A stretch of 64,000 bases of DNA from Myxococcales bacterium. GTDB taxonomy: Bacteria > Myxococcota_A > Polyangia > Polyangiales > Polyangiaceae. The notes below the pieces were generated by a model. It was not told the origin of the DNA, searched no databases, and saw nothing but the letters and a program-made list of their open reading frames with translations. The stretch spans positions 96,001 through 160,000 of the forward strand of contig JAYTOU010000033.1 in NCBI GenBank assembly GCA_043747615.1. Direction: 5' to 3'. The first letter of the stretch is position 1, and each line of letters opens with the position of its first letter. Below, one piece after another: positions 37,234 through 45,601 of this stretch. Both the position numbers and the translations under genes were made by a program.

Positions 37234-39624
37234 ATGGTCGGTCCCATTTCCAATCGGGTCGCGCGCATCGTCGCCGCGGCGCTGGTAGCGGCAGGCGCAA
37301 GCATCTTCATCGGAAGCGCGCCCGGCTGCGGCTCGAGCACCGACCCGACGCCGGTGTCGTCGGTGTGCCCGCCCGGCACCACCTGCCAGGCGAAGCTTAC
37401 GCTCCTTCATACCTCCGACATTCACTCGCGGCTCCTGCCCTACAAGCTCGTGATTCTCCAGACCGACGCCGATCTCGGCCTCGGCACCTTGAACACGGTG
37501 AAGACGGTCGGCGGAGTAGCTCGCTTGGCGTACGTGCTCGGACGTGAGCGAGCGCGGGCGGATCGCGTGCTCCACCTGGACTCGGGCGACTGTTTTCAGG
37601 GCGCACCGATCTTCAACTTCTTCTCGGGCGAGCCCGAGGTGCGATCGCAGAGCATGATGGGCACCGATGCCGCGGTGCTCGGCAACCACGAGTTCGATCG
37701 CGGCGCGCTCAACGTCACCAACCAGTTTCAGCGCTGGGCGAACTTCCCGGCCCTCGCATCGAACTACAAGCTCGACGATCCGGCGCTCCCGGCGAGCCCC
37801 AAGCTCGCAAGCATTGCTCGCCCGTTCGAGGTCTTCAATCGCGAAGGACTGAAGGTCGCGGTCATCGGGATGGCCAACCTTTCCAGCCTCACTTCGATCT
37901 TCGATCAGCCGAACCGCGTCGGCGTCACGCCGCTCAACACCGCAGAGACCGCGCAATTTTACATCGACTTGCTGCGCCCGCACGTGGACGTGATCGTGAT
38001 GCTCAGCCACCTCGGCCTTCAGGTGGACGAGGACATGGTACGGCGCACGACGGGCATCGACGTGGTGCTCGGCGGACACAATCACATCGTCATCAACCCG
38101 CCTCAGGAGCTGCGTGACTGCACCGCAGATCCGCTCAACCCGGGCTACGTCTGGGCCGTCGATCCGAACATCGACGTGAACCTCGGGGGCAACCCACCGA
38201 ACGACGAGGCTCATCCCGATCCAGTGAATCATCCCTACGGATTCCGGCGGCCGTGCAAGCCGAGAAACGTGATCATCGCCCACTCAGGCGCATTTGCGAA
38301 GTACGTGGGGCGCCTCGATCTCGTGCTCTCGAACAAGCCCGGGGAAGCCTCGCCGACGGGCGATCCGGTCGATTACGATCCGACCAACGGCTTCGAGGTC
38401 GTCTCCAGCAAGTACGTGCCGTTCCCGATCGACGACAGCGTTCCCGAAGCGCCGACAATGGTCGATCTCCTCCAGCCCTACCGGCGAACCCTCGATCGGG
38501 TCGCGGATCTCGACATCCTCGCCGGCTACTCGCCCGACGGCGCGAAGCGCACGGCGCCCCAGGGCGGCGACTCACCGCTCGGCAATCTGATCGCGACAGC
38601 GATGTGGCTGCGCCTCGGCATTCAGACCGATTTTTCGTTGACCAACACGACCGGCATCCGCACCGATCTCAACCCCGGACCGATCAGCATCGAGGAGATG
38701 TACAACATCTTCCCGTTCGACAACTCCATCTCGAAAATGCAGCTCTCGGGGAGCGAGGTCGAGCAGATGTTCGACTTCGTGGCGCGTCGGTCGAGCGGCC
38801 GGAGCTGCACCAGCCAGGCCCAAATCGCGGGGGCGCGCGTGCGACTCAATTGCGGAGGGTGCAACCGCGTCGACTCGGGCACAGCCTGCACCGCAGACAT
38901 CGACTGCAACTCCTTCGAGAACGGCTGCGACACCAAGAAGGGGCACTGCCGCCTCAACGCCTGCGCCGAGCAGATTTACATCGGGCACACCTCGACGGTT
39001 TGTACTTCGGACATGGACTGCGCAGATGCCAACGGCTACGTGAGCCCGGGCATCTGCGACAAGGCACCCACCGCCCCGATGGGGCGCTGCCAATCGCTGA
39101 TCTCGCCGACGAACCTCTACGAGCTCGCGACCAGCAACTACCTCGCCACCGGCGGCTCCGGCTTCCGCGTCCTTCAGCGAAACACTACCCAGTTCGACAC
39201 CCTCATCCAGCAGCGCGACGCGCTCATCGACTACCTGCGCCAAGGCAAGCCGTGCGGCTACAAGAAGAGCACGCCGACGGCAGAGGGGCTCAAAGCCTGC
39301 AGCAATGACGGCGACTGCGCCAGCGAAGGCGCGTTCGTTTGCGCTTGCCCCACGCACTCCGTCGACGGCCAGTTCATGGGCGCGAACGCCTGCGTGACGG
39401 ACACGGCCGGATGCGACATGGCGCAAGGTCGCTGCGTCCTGCGCACGTGCCGCGACGACGTGGCCAACGTGCACCGCGAGAGATGCCTCGGGTCCACCGA
39501 CTCGAGCTGCAACGCCGATTTGAATGCCTGTTCTCTCGCCGGCGAAGAATGCAAAATCCTATCGTGCGTGGACAAGACCGTCGGCAACCTGACCGACAAT
39601 CGCGTGGAGATGCTCGGCCGATGA
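37234..39624 (+). CDS. Lipoprotein 5'-nucleotidase/metallophosphoesterase with Cys-rich insertions
   Basis: HTSDIHS, DSGDCFQG, LGNHEFD, LSHLG, GGHNH; C-terminal domain SPLGNLIA, NTTGIRTD, IFPFDN, ATSNYLATGGSGF; several CxxDxDC units. Confidence 0.92.
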   Translation: MVGPISNRVARIVAAALVAAGASIFIGSAPGCGSSTDPTPVSSVCPPGTTCQAKLTLLHTSDIHSRLLPYKLVILQTDADLGLGTLNTVKTVGGVARLAYVLGRERARADRVLHLDSGDCFQGAPIFNFFSGEPEVRSQSMMGTDAAVLGNHEFDRGALNVTNQFQRWANFPALASNYKLDDPALPASPKLASIARPFEVFNREGLKVAVIGMANLSSLTSIFDQPNRVGVTPLNTAETAQFYIDLLRPHVDVIVMLSHLGLQVDEDMVRRTTGIDVVLGGHNHIVINPPQELRDCTADPLNPGYVWAVDPNIDVNLGGNPPNDEAHPDPVNHPYGFRRPCKPRNVIIAHSGAFAKYVGRLDLVLSNKPGEASPTGDPVDYDPTNGFEVVSSKYVPFPIDDSVPEAPTMVDLLQPYRRTLDRVADLDILAGYSPDGAKRTAPQGGDSPLGNLIATAMWLRLGIQTDFSLTNTTGIRTDLNPGPISIEEMYNIFPFDNSISKMQLSGSEVEQMFDFVARRSSGRSCTSQAQIAGARVRLNCGGCNRVDSGTACTADIDCNSFENGCDTKKGHCRLNACAEQIYIGHTSTVCTSDMDCADANGYVSPGICDKAPTAPMGRCQSLISPTNLYELATSNYLATGGSGFRVLQRNTTQFDTLIQQRDALIDYLRQGKPCGYKKSTPTAEGLKACSNDGDCASEGAFVCACPTHSVDGQFMGANACVTDTAGCDMAQGRCVLRTCRDDVANVHRERCLGSTDSSCNADLNACSLAGEECKILSCVDKTVGNLTDNRVEMLGR

Positions 39625-41318
39625 GCGCGCTTCCGGATAGCCGACGGACTCGACTCACGCGCGGTCTCGGCGCCGCACTCGTCGTGAGCATGGCCCTCGC
39701 GGGCTGCAGGGATAGCTTCGGCACCGTTCGCTCGTCGAACACCATCGATGTGTCGATCAAGAGCGGCGATCGCGGCAAGGCTGACGCGCGTCTGCCGCTG
39801 TCGCTGAGCACACCCGCGCACTTCACGGTCACCATCGTGGCCCGCAACCCGCAAGGAACGCCGGACCCAACCTTCAACGGTTACGTGCGGATCTCGGTGA
39901 AGCCCGGCCAGGTCCTGCCGATCACCACGCCCGGCGGAAACGGACGCAACGTCCTTCTGAAGAACGGCGCAGCCGACGACGTCGGCGTCGATGTCCTCGG
40001 CGCGTACGGAGACTCTCACATTTGGGTCGATGACGTCGGCTATCAGCCCGCCGATCCGACGGGCACGCCGCCCCCACAGTGCTCCGACGGAGTCGACAAC
40101 AACAGCAACGGCGTCGTCGATTTTCCATCGGACCCGGGTTGTGCGTTTGCCAACGACGACAGCGAAGATGGGGGCAGCTACGTCGCGGGGACGTCGGAGA
40201 CCATGTTTTTCGGCTCTCCTCGCATCGAAGACGTGCGTGGGTTCAAGGGCGGAGGCAGCTCGACCCCGTTCTCCCACGAGCAGATCCTCCTCGACACGGG
40301 CTACCGATCGAAGACCAACAACTTCGACTTCAGCGTGGTCGTGACCCGGATCTCTGCAGACGGTTTTTACGCCGCGGACCTCGAAGACGACCGTGTCGAT
40401 CGTAAGGTGCCGCAGTTCCTCACGGACGGACGACACGGGTATTCCAGCGTCTTCGCCTTCAATTTTTCCGCGCCGCCAAAGCTCCGAGTGTGCGATCGCC
40501 TGACGACCTTCACGGGCACGGCGAGCGATTTTTTTGGCTTCACGGAGCTTGGATTCCCAACGTGGAGCGTCGAGGAATACGACCCGGCGAAGCGCGACTG
40601 CTTGGTGCCCGAGCCCTACGAGTTCGACGTTCCCGGCTTGAGCAGCACTCCCATCAAGCTCCGCTACGAGTCGGCGCTCGTTCGCATCGCTGCCGGTCCG
40701 CACAAGATCCTCGACGTCGGTGCGCCCACTTCTACCGATCGCGACGGTGACGGTGTGGCCGACACGGTCGACGCATGTCCCGACGTGCCCGGGCGGCCCG
40801 CAGCCGATCCCACGAAGAACGGCTGTGCCCCCGTCTTCACTCTGCACATCGGCAGGCACTTCGGCCTCAATTTCCCGAAGGATCCCGCCTACGCGCCCGC
40901 CGACGACGCCACCAACTGCGATCTCAATCGCAACGGCAAGATCGACCACACGGCCGGCAACCCCGAGGCGACGTGCGCCGACGCATGCACGGCCGATCCG
41001 GAGTGCACCGAATATTCTAACTTCGCTACGCGCTCCGAATTCCGCGTGGTGTTGACCGACGTCACCAACCCGGCGACCCCCAGCGTGGGGAGCATTCAAG
41101 CCAACGCCAGCACGGCATCGCGCATCGATCCTCTCGCCCTCCGCGGCCAAGACATCAAATCGTTCAGCGGCACGTTCCGATACTTCTCGGGCGGATCGCA
41201 GTTCACGATCGAAGCCCGCTGCCAAGACGACATCGTCGTCGATTCGAACCTGCAACCGATGCTCTCTAAAGACGCTTGCGTCGTGGTTCGGACGTTGGCT
41301 GAGCAAACCGCAAATTGA
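39621..41318 (+). CDS. Lipoprotein with Ig-like, Asp-rich Ca-binding repeats and YhcR/ExeM-type OB-fold segments
   Basis: LAGC lipobox; CSDGVDNNSNGVVD and DRDGDGVADTVDACPD repeats; VVTRISADGFYAAD..SVFAF..VCDRLTTFTGTASDFFGFTEL..YESALVRI; ATGA overlap with the nucleotidase. Confidence 0.75.
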   Translation: MSALPDSRRTRLTRGLGAALVVSMALAGCRDSFGTVRSSNTIDVSIKSGDRGKADARLPLSLSTPAHFTVTIVARNPQGTPDPTFNGYVRISVKPGQVLPITTPGGNGRNVLLKNGAADDVGVDVLGAYGDSHIWVDDVGYQPADPTGTPPPQCSDGVDNNSNGVVDFPSDPGCAFANDDSEDGGSYVAGTSETMFFGSPRIEDVRGFKGGGSSTPFSHEQILLDTGYRSKTNNFDFSVVVTRISADGFYAADLEDDRVDRKVPQFLTDGRHGYSSVFAFNFSAPPKLRVCDRLTTFTGTASDFFGFTELGFPTWSVEEYDPAKRDCLVPEPYEFDVPGLSSTPIKLRYESALVRIAAGPHKILDVGAPTSTDRDGDGVADTVDACPDVPGRPAADPTKNGCAPVFTLHIGRHFGLNFPKDPAYAPADDATNCDLNRNGKIDHTAGNPEATCADACTADPECTEYSNFATRSEFRVVLTDVTNPATPSVGSIQANASTASRIDPLALRGQDIKSFSGTFRYFSGGSQFTIEARCQDDIVVDSNLQPMLSKDACVVVRTLAEQTAN

Positions 41319-41372
41319 TTTGAGTCGTCCATTGCTCATAACGGTAGTCGGCCGATCTCGACAGGAGCTTTT

Positions 41373-43145
41373 TTGATGCGTTCGTCATCCCTGGTTTTTC
41401 CGCTGATCGCTGCGTCTTTTTTCACCGCGACGCAGCTTCACGCGCAGCCGGCTCCCGCGGCGGGCGCAACGACTCCGAGTCCGACCGATCCGAGCGTCGG
41501 AACGACGCCCCCGACGACAGCCGCGGCGCCGCCCGCCAGTGACACGGGCGTTGCACCCGTCACGAAAGTGGACGCGAGCTACGACGTGACTGGCACAGCA
41601 GGGGCTCGCGCAGTCGGCCTGCCGCCGCCGGGAGTGAACTACGGAAATTTCATGGACACGCGTCTCACCTGGACGTTCGGTGACGACGACTTCACCCACG
41701 CGACGGGCCAGCTCATTCCGCTGTCGCCGACGTTCTCCATCGGCGATCGCCCGCAGTACCGCATGTTCTTCGACAACTTGAACTCGCGCTTCAGCGGCCG
41801 CGAAAATCTCACCCACCTGGTCATGTACAAGAAGATGCCGGCGTTCATCGACAAGATGACGACGGAAGCAGCGATGGTCCTGCGCTTCGATCTCGCGGCG
41901 CTTGCCTCGAGCAGCAACAACTTGAACTCGGCGCTGCAAGACGCGGGTTCGTACATTCGAATTTTCTACAACACGTCCTCCAAGGACGAAAAAGAAGGCC
42001 TCTCGGCGGTCTTTTTCCCCCTCGACACCGACCGCTTTCGTCTCGGCTACCTCTACGACATCAGCTGGGGCGGCACTGCCGCGTCGATCAATCAGTCGAT
42101 CTTTCCGCGTATCCAAGGGTCCTCCCCCGGCCTCAAGCTGCAATACGACGCAAAGAAATATTACGCGTTCGGCGGCTTCAAGACGGCGACCATCATCCAG
42201 CCGCAGCAAGTCCTCAGCCCGGGCGGCGAGAACGACGTCGAGGTCGTACGCGTCGGCGAAACGAACTTCGGATTTTTGGGGGGATTCGGCGTCGATCCGC
42301 TCGAGAACGTCCGCTTCGATGCGGGCGCGGGTTACTTCCAGCAAGGAAAGTTCGATCTCGAGGACGTCCGCGGAAAGTCCGTCTACACGTACGGCGCCTC
42401 GGGGCGCGTCGTAGTCCACCATCACATGCCGGTCCCGCAGTCGGTCGACTTCCGACTCTACCGAAACGATCCATTCGCGCCGCAGATCATCTTCAACGCG
42501 GAGAAATACGACGCGAAAGAAGTCGCATGGAGCGTGAGCGGCGAAGGCTCCGTCCTCAGGCAAGCCCTCAAGGACTTCGACAAGGCAGGCATCGTAAAAG
42601 AGCAGTCGGCGGTCGCCGCGGCGATTCAAGGCGTCGTTCGAGCGGGCTATGCGCGCTTGAGCGTCAGCGGCATCTATCGCAACTTGAACTTCGTCGTGCG
42701 CAACGTCCCTGGCTTCATTCCGTTCGAGACCCTCCCGGGCGGAACGAAGACCGATCCCGAGCTTTTCGGCGCGGTCGGGGCCGACTACCACTTCCCGAAG
42801 TTTCACCTCACGCCGGGCATCGGCGCCGGGATCCAGCTGCCGGCGACGTTCCGTAGCGAGTTTACCAACGGCGGCGTTCCCGCATCGCGCACCATCGTGG
42901 TCCGCAGCCAGGGCGACGAGTCGATCCTCCCCTATGACAAGGGCCGCACGGCAATCTACCAAGCGCGTGCCAGTCTCCGCTGGGACATCTCAGGCATGCT
43001 CGCGGCGAACCTCTTCGTCCAAGTCGTCCGCGACAACAACGGCACCCTCGTCGTGCGCGATCCGACGGAGGGAACGGCATCCCTCCGCGTTTTCCAGAGC
43101 CCGAACCGCGTCGGCACGGGCCTCTCTATCCAGGCGCGTTTCTAA
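41373..43145 (+). CDS. Outer-membrane beta-barrel protein of unknown function
   Basis: Signal peptide, Pro/Thr linker, amphipathic strands, C-terminal GLSIQARF (BAM-type terminal Phe); AGGAG Shine-Dalgarno. Confidence 0.78.
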   Translation: MMRSSSLVFPLIAASFFTATQLHAQPAPAAGATTPSPTDPSVGTTPPTTAAAPPASDTGVAPVTKVDASYDVTGTAGARAVGLPPPGVNYGNFMDTRLTWTFGDDDFTHATGQLIPLSPTFSIGDRPQYRMFFDNLNSRFSGRENLTHLVMYKKMPAFIDKMTTEAAMVLRFDLAALASSSNNLNSALQDAGSYIRIFYNTSSKDEKEGLSAVFFPLDTDRFRLGYLYDISWGGTAASINQSIFPRIQGSSPGLKLQYDAKKYYAFGGFKTATIIQPQQVLSPGGENDVEVVRVGETNFGFLGGFGVDPLENVRFDAGAGYFQQGKFDLEDVRGKSVYTYGASGRVVVHHHMPVPQSVDFRLYRNDPFAPQIIFNAEKYDAKEVAWSVSGEGSVLRQALKDFDKAGIVKEQSAVAAAIQGVVRAGYARLSVSGIYRNLNFVVRNVPGFIPFETLPGGTKTDPELFGAVGADYHFPKFHLTPGIGAGIQLPATFRSEFTNGGVPASRTIVVRSQGDESILPYDKGRTAIYQARASLRWDISGMLAANLFVQVVRDNNGTLVVRDPTEGTASLRVFQSPNRVGTGLSIQARF

Positions 43146-43214
43146 CCGACTTTCCGCGAACGTAGGGGCTGCCCCGCAGCCTCGACGTTGGCTCCGCAGG
43201 CGGGCCAGGGCATC

Positions 43215-44924
43215 TCAGTCGTTTGCCTTGCGGCGGAAGCTCCGCGCGATCGGCCCGACGCCCCCGGCGATGAGCGCCCCCAAGAAGCTCGCGACGAAGA
43301 GCCCCGTGTCCCACACGCCGCTCGTCAGCTCCATCGCGTGACGCAGGACGACGGTGCAGACGACACGCACGACGACGGCGGCAACACCGTAGGTCACGAA
43401 CGCCGCCGCCGCGGTGCGCTTCAGATCGGTGGCGAGCTCGAGCGCTTTCACGCTGTTCGGCCAGACTGTCTTGCGCACGTGGAGAATGAACAGCACGGCG
43501 GGTGTGATCGCCGCAAACGCGCTCCCCACCGTGAGGAGAATAGACTCCGTGAGCGTCAGCTCTCCGTCTCGAAAAAAACGAACCACGCCGCCGAGCGCGT
43601 CCACGAAACCGACGAGGAGCCATAGCGCCAGACCAACGGTGAGGGCGATGATCGTCGGCCGAGCGAGCTGAGCTGCGCGCGCCTCTTTTTGCAGACTCTC
43701 CCCGGAGCCCGCGTTCGCGACCAGGGTGCGCGCCGTGACGTCGAGCTTCTGCGGCTTGCCGTGAGAGACGATCGTGGTCTCGCCTCTTTTTAGGAGGGTC
43801 TGCATGGCGACCGACGTGGGCGCCGAAGGATCGTCGAAGGGCTCTAGAGCGGCCTCGAGCTCGAGCATCGTCTGGTAACGCTCGCGCGCATCTTTGGCCA
43901 TCGCGCGCTGGACGACGAGCTCCATTCCCTCGGGAATTTGCGGGTGAATCGCACGCGGGCGCGGAGGCTCGGAGGTGAGGACCATCGTGAGCGTCGCCGT
44001 CGCGTCGTCGTTCTCGAACGGGCGCTGACCGGTGAGGAGTGAATACAGAAGTGCCCCCACGGCGTAGACGTCGGCTCGGTGATCGACCTTGTCGCCGCGG
44101 GCCTGCTCCGGCGCCATGTACGACGGCGTCCCCATGATCATTCCGGTGCGCGTGAGCTGAGTGTTGCCGTGCGCGGCTTTGCTGATCCCGAAGTCGAGTA
44201 CCTTCACGTGCGGGAGCCCGTCGCGCGGGATGAGAAAAACGTTCTCCGGTTTCATGTCTCGATGAACGATCCCGAGAGCGTGCGCCGCGTTGAGGGCGCG
44301 GCAGATTTGGCGGGTAATTCCGGCCGCCATCGACACGTCGAGCCTGCCCACTTTTTTGAGGTGCTCGCCGAGCTCTTCGCCCGCGAGGTATTCTCCGACG
44401 AGGTAGGGAACGCCTTCCGGAGTCTTGTGCACGTCGAAGACATCGAGCACGTTCGGATGACCGATGGCGCTCGAGCTCTGCGCCTCGCGCTGGAAACGAA
44501 GGACGACGTCGGCGTCGCGCGCGAACTCCGCGTTCAGGACCTTCACGGCAAAGCGGCGTTCGGTGAGCCGAAGATGCTTCGCCTCGTAGACCCGCCCCAT
44601 TCCTCCTTCGCCGACCAGCCGAACGATCTGGTACGTCTCCCCGAGCACGCGCCCGATCAGCGGATCGACCCCGACGACTGCGTCACCTTCCAGGGGAGTC
44701 GCGTCGCGCGGACAGACCAAGAAATCCGCCGGGTAGCGGTTTTGACAGGTAGAGCAGCGCTTCGGAAGCGCCGGCTCGGCTTCAGGGACGGTCGGCGAAA
44801 CGCCCGACGGAGGCCCACAGGCGGGGGCCGCGAGCGGAGCGCTGGCGAGCGGTTTGGTGACGATCCGGGCCGAGCCCGCGGGGGCAACGTGGGGCTCTTC
44901 ACCCTCCCGCGACGGGGTCGTCAT
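43215..44924 (-). CDS. Ser/Thr protein kinase with N-terminal Zn-ribbon-like motif and multi-TM C-terminus
   Basis: CSTC..CPRD; VGEGGMGRV; AVK; HRDMKPEN; DFG; GTPSYMAPE; about four TM helices. Confidence 0.95.
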   Translation of the reverse strand: MTTPSREGEEPHVAPAGSARIVTKPLASAPLAAPACGPPSGVSPTVPEAEPALPKRCSTCQNRYPADFLVCPRDATPLEGDAVVGVDPLIGRVLGETYQIVRLVGEGGMGRVYEAKHLRLTERRFAVKVLNAEFARDADVVLRFQREAQSSSAIGHPNVLDVFDVHKTPEGVPYLVGEYLAGEELGEHLKKVGRLDVSMAAGITRQICRALNAAHALGIVHRDMKPENVFLIPRDGLPHVKVLDFGISKAAHGNTQLTRTGMIMGTPSYMAPEQARGDKVDHRADVYAVGALLYSLLTGQRPFENDDATATLTMVLTSEPPRPRAIHPQIPEGMELVVQRAMAKDARERYQTMLELEAALEPFDDPSAPTSVAMQTLLKRGETTIVSHGKPQKLDVTARTLVANAGSGESLQKEARAAQLARPTIIALTVGLALWLLVGFVDALGGVVRFFRDGELTLTESILLTVGSAFAAITPAVLFILHVRKTVWPNSVKALELATDLKRTAAAAFVTYGVAAVVVRVVCTVVLRHAMELTSGVWDTGLFVASFLGALIAGGVGPIARSFRRKAND

Positions 44925-44973
44925 CAGGCTGATGAGCTTACCACGTCCGCCCGAATCCTCGGGAAATCGTCGA

Positions 44974-45001
44974 TTGACGACGGTCCCCCCGCGCCTATAC
45001 T
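44974..45001 (+). promoter_or_regulatory. sigma70-type promoter of rpsO
   Basis: TTGACG-N16-TATACT about 100 bp upstream of the rpsO ATG. Confidence 0.7.
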
Positions 45002-45100
45002 GCGCCCGCCTTCAACTGGCTTCGGCTGGGGAACGGCCGGCGGATTTTGTCCGTCGTTTTCGCCGGGAGAGATCCCGGCATTCATCGAGAGCTTCATCCA

Positions 45101-45370
45101 ATGCCGCTTCACACCGAAAAGAAGTCCGAGCTCATCACCAAGTACAAGGTCCACGAGACGGACACCGGCTCGCCGGAAGTGCAGATCGCGCTCATCACGG
45201 AGCGCATCGGGTATTTGACCGAGCACTTCAAGACGCACCTCAAGGATCATCACTCGCGTCGCGGGCTTCTGCGCCTCGTTTCGAAGCGTCGGCGCCTGCT
45301 CAATTACCTGAAAAAATCCAGCCTCGATCGCTACCGCAAAATGGTCAGCGCACTCAACCTCAGGAAGTAA
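45101..45370 (+). CDS. rpsO: 30S ribosomal protein S15
   Basis: [44 protein letters not shown] at 45101. Confidence 0.98.
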   Translation: MPLHTEKKSELITKYKVHETDTGSPEVQIALITERIGYLTEHFKTHLKDHHSRRGLLRLVSKRRRLLNYLKKSSLDRYRKMVSALNLRK

Positions 45371-45379
45371 ACGTATCGC

Positions 45380-45404
45380 GGGGTGGCCGGGTCCCGGTCA
45401 CCTC
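45380..45404 (+). terminator. GC-rich hairpin after rpsO
   Basis: GGGGTGGCCGG-GTC-CCGGTCACCTC, 11-bp stem with two G-U pairs; no U-tract. Confidence 0.45.
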
Positions 45405-45470
45405 ACTACCGGCTTCGAAGCTGCTACGCAGTCGAGAGGTCTAGCAATCACCGAGCGGCCGTGCCCACCG

Positions 45471-45549
45471 TCGCCTTGCTCTTCGATTTGTGATTTCGAA
45501 CCGCGTCTGAAAGGACGATTCGAGTTTAGAAATCGAGGGCCCAAGGCGA
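45471..45549 (+). promoter_or_regulatory. Long stem-loop in the pnp leader, probable RNase III processing site
   Basis: TCGCCTTG/CAAGGCGA, CTCTTCGATTT/AAATCGAGGG and TTCGAA/TTCGAG pairings nest into one long helix; same position as known rpsO-pnp RNase III hairpins. Confidence 0.6.
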
Positions 45550-45601
45550 ACCCCCTGGTGCCGGCGCCCGGCGTATTCAACACGCAAGGAGCGTAACCAT
45601 C

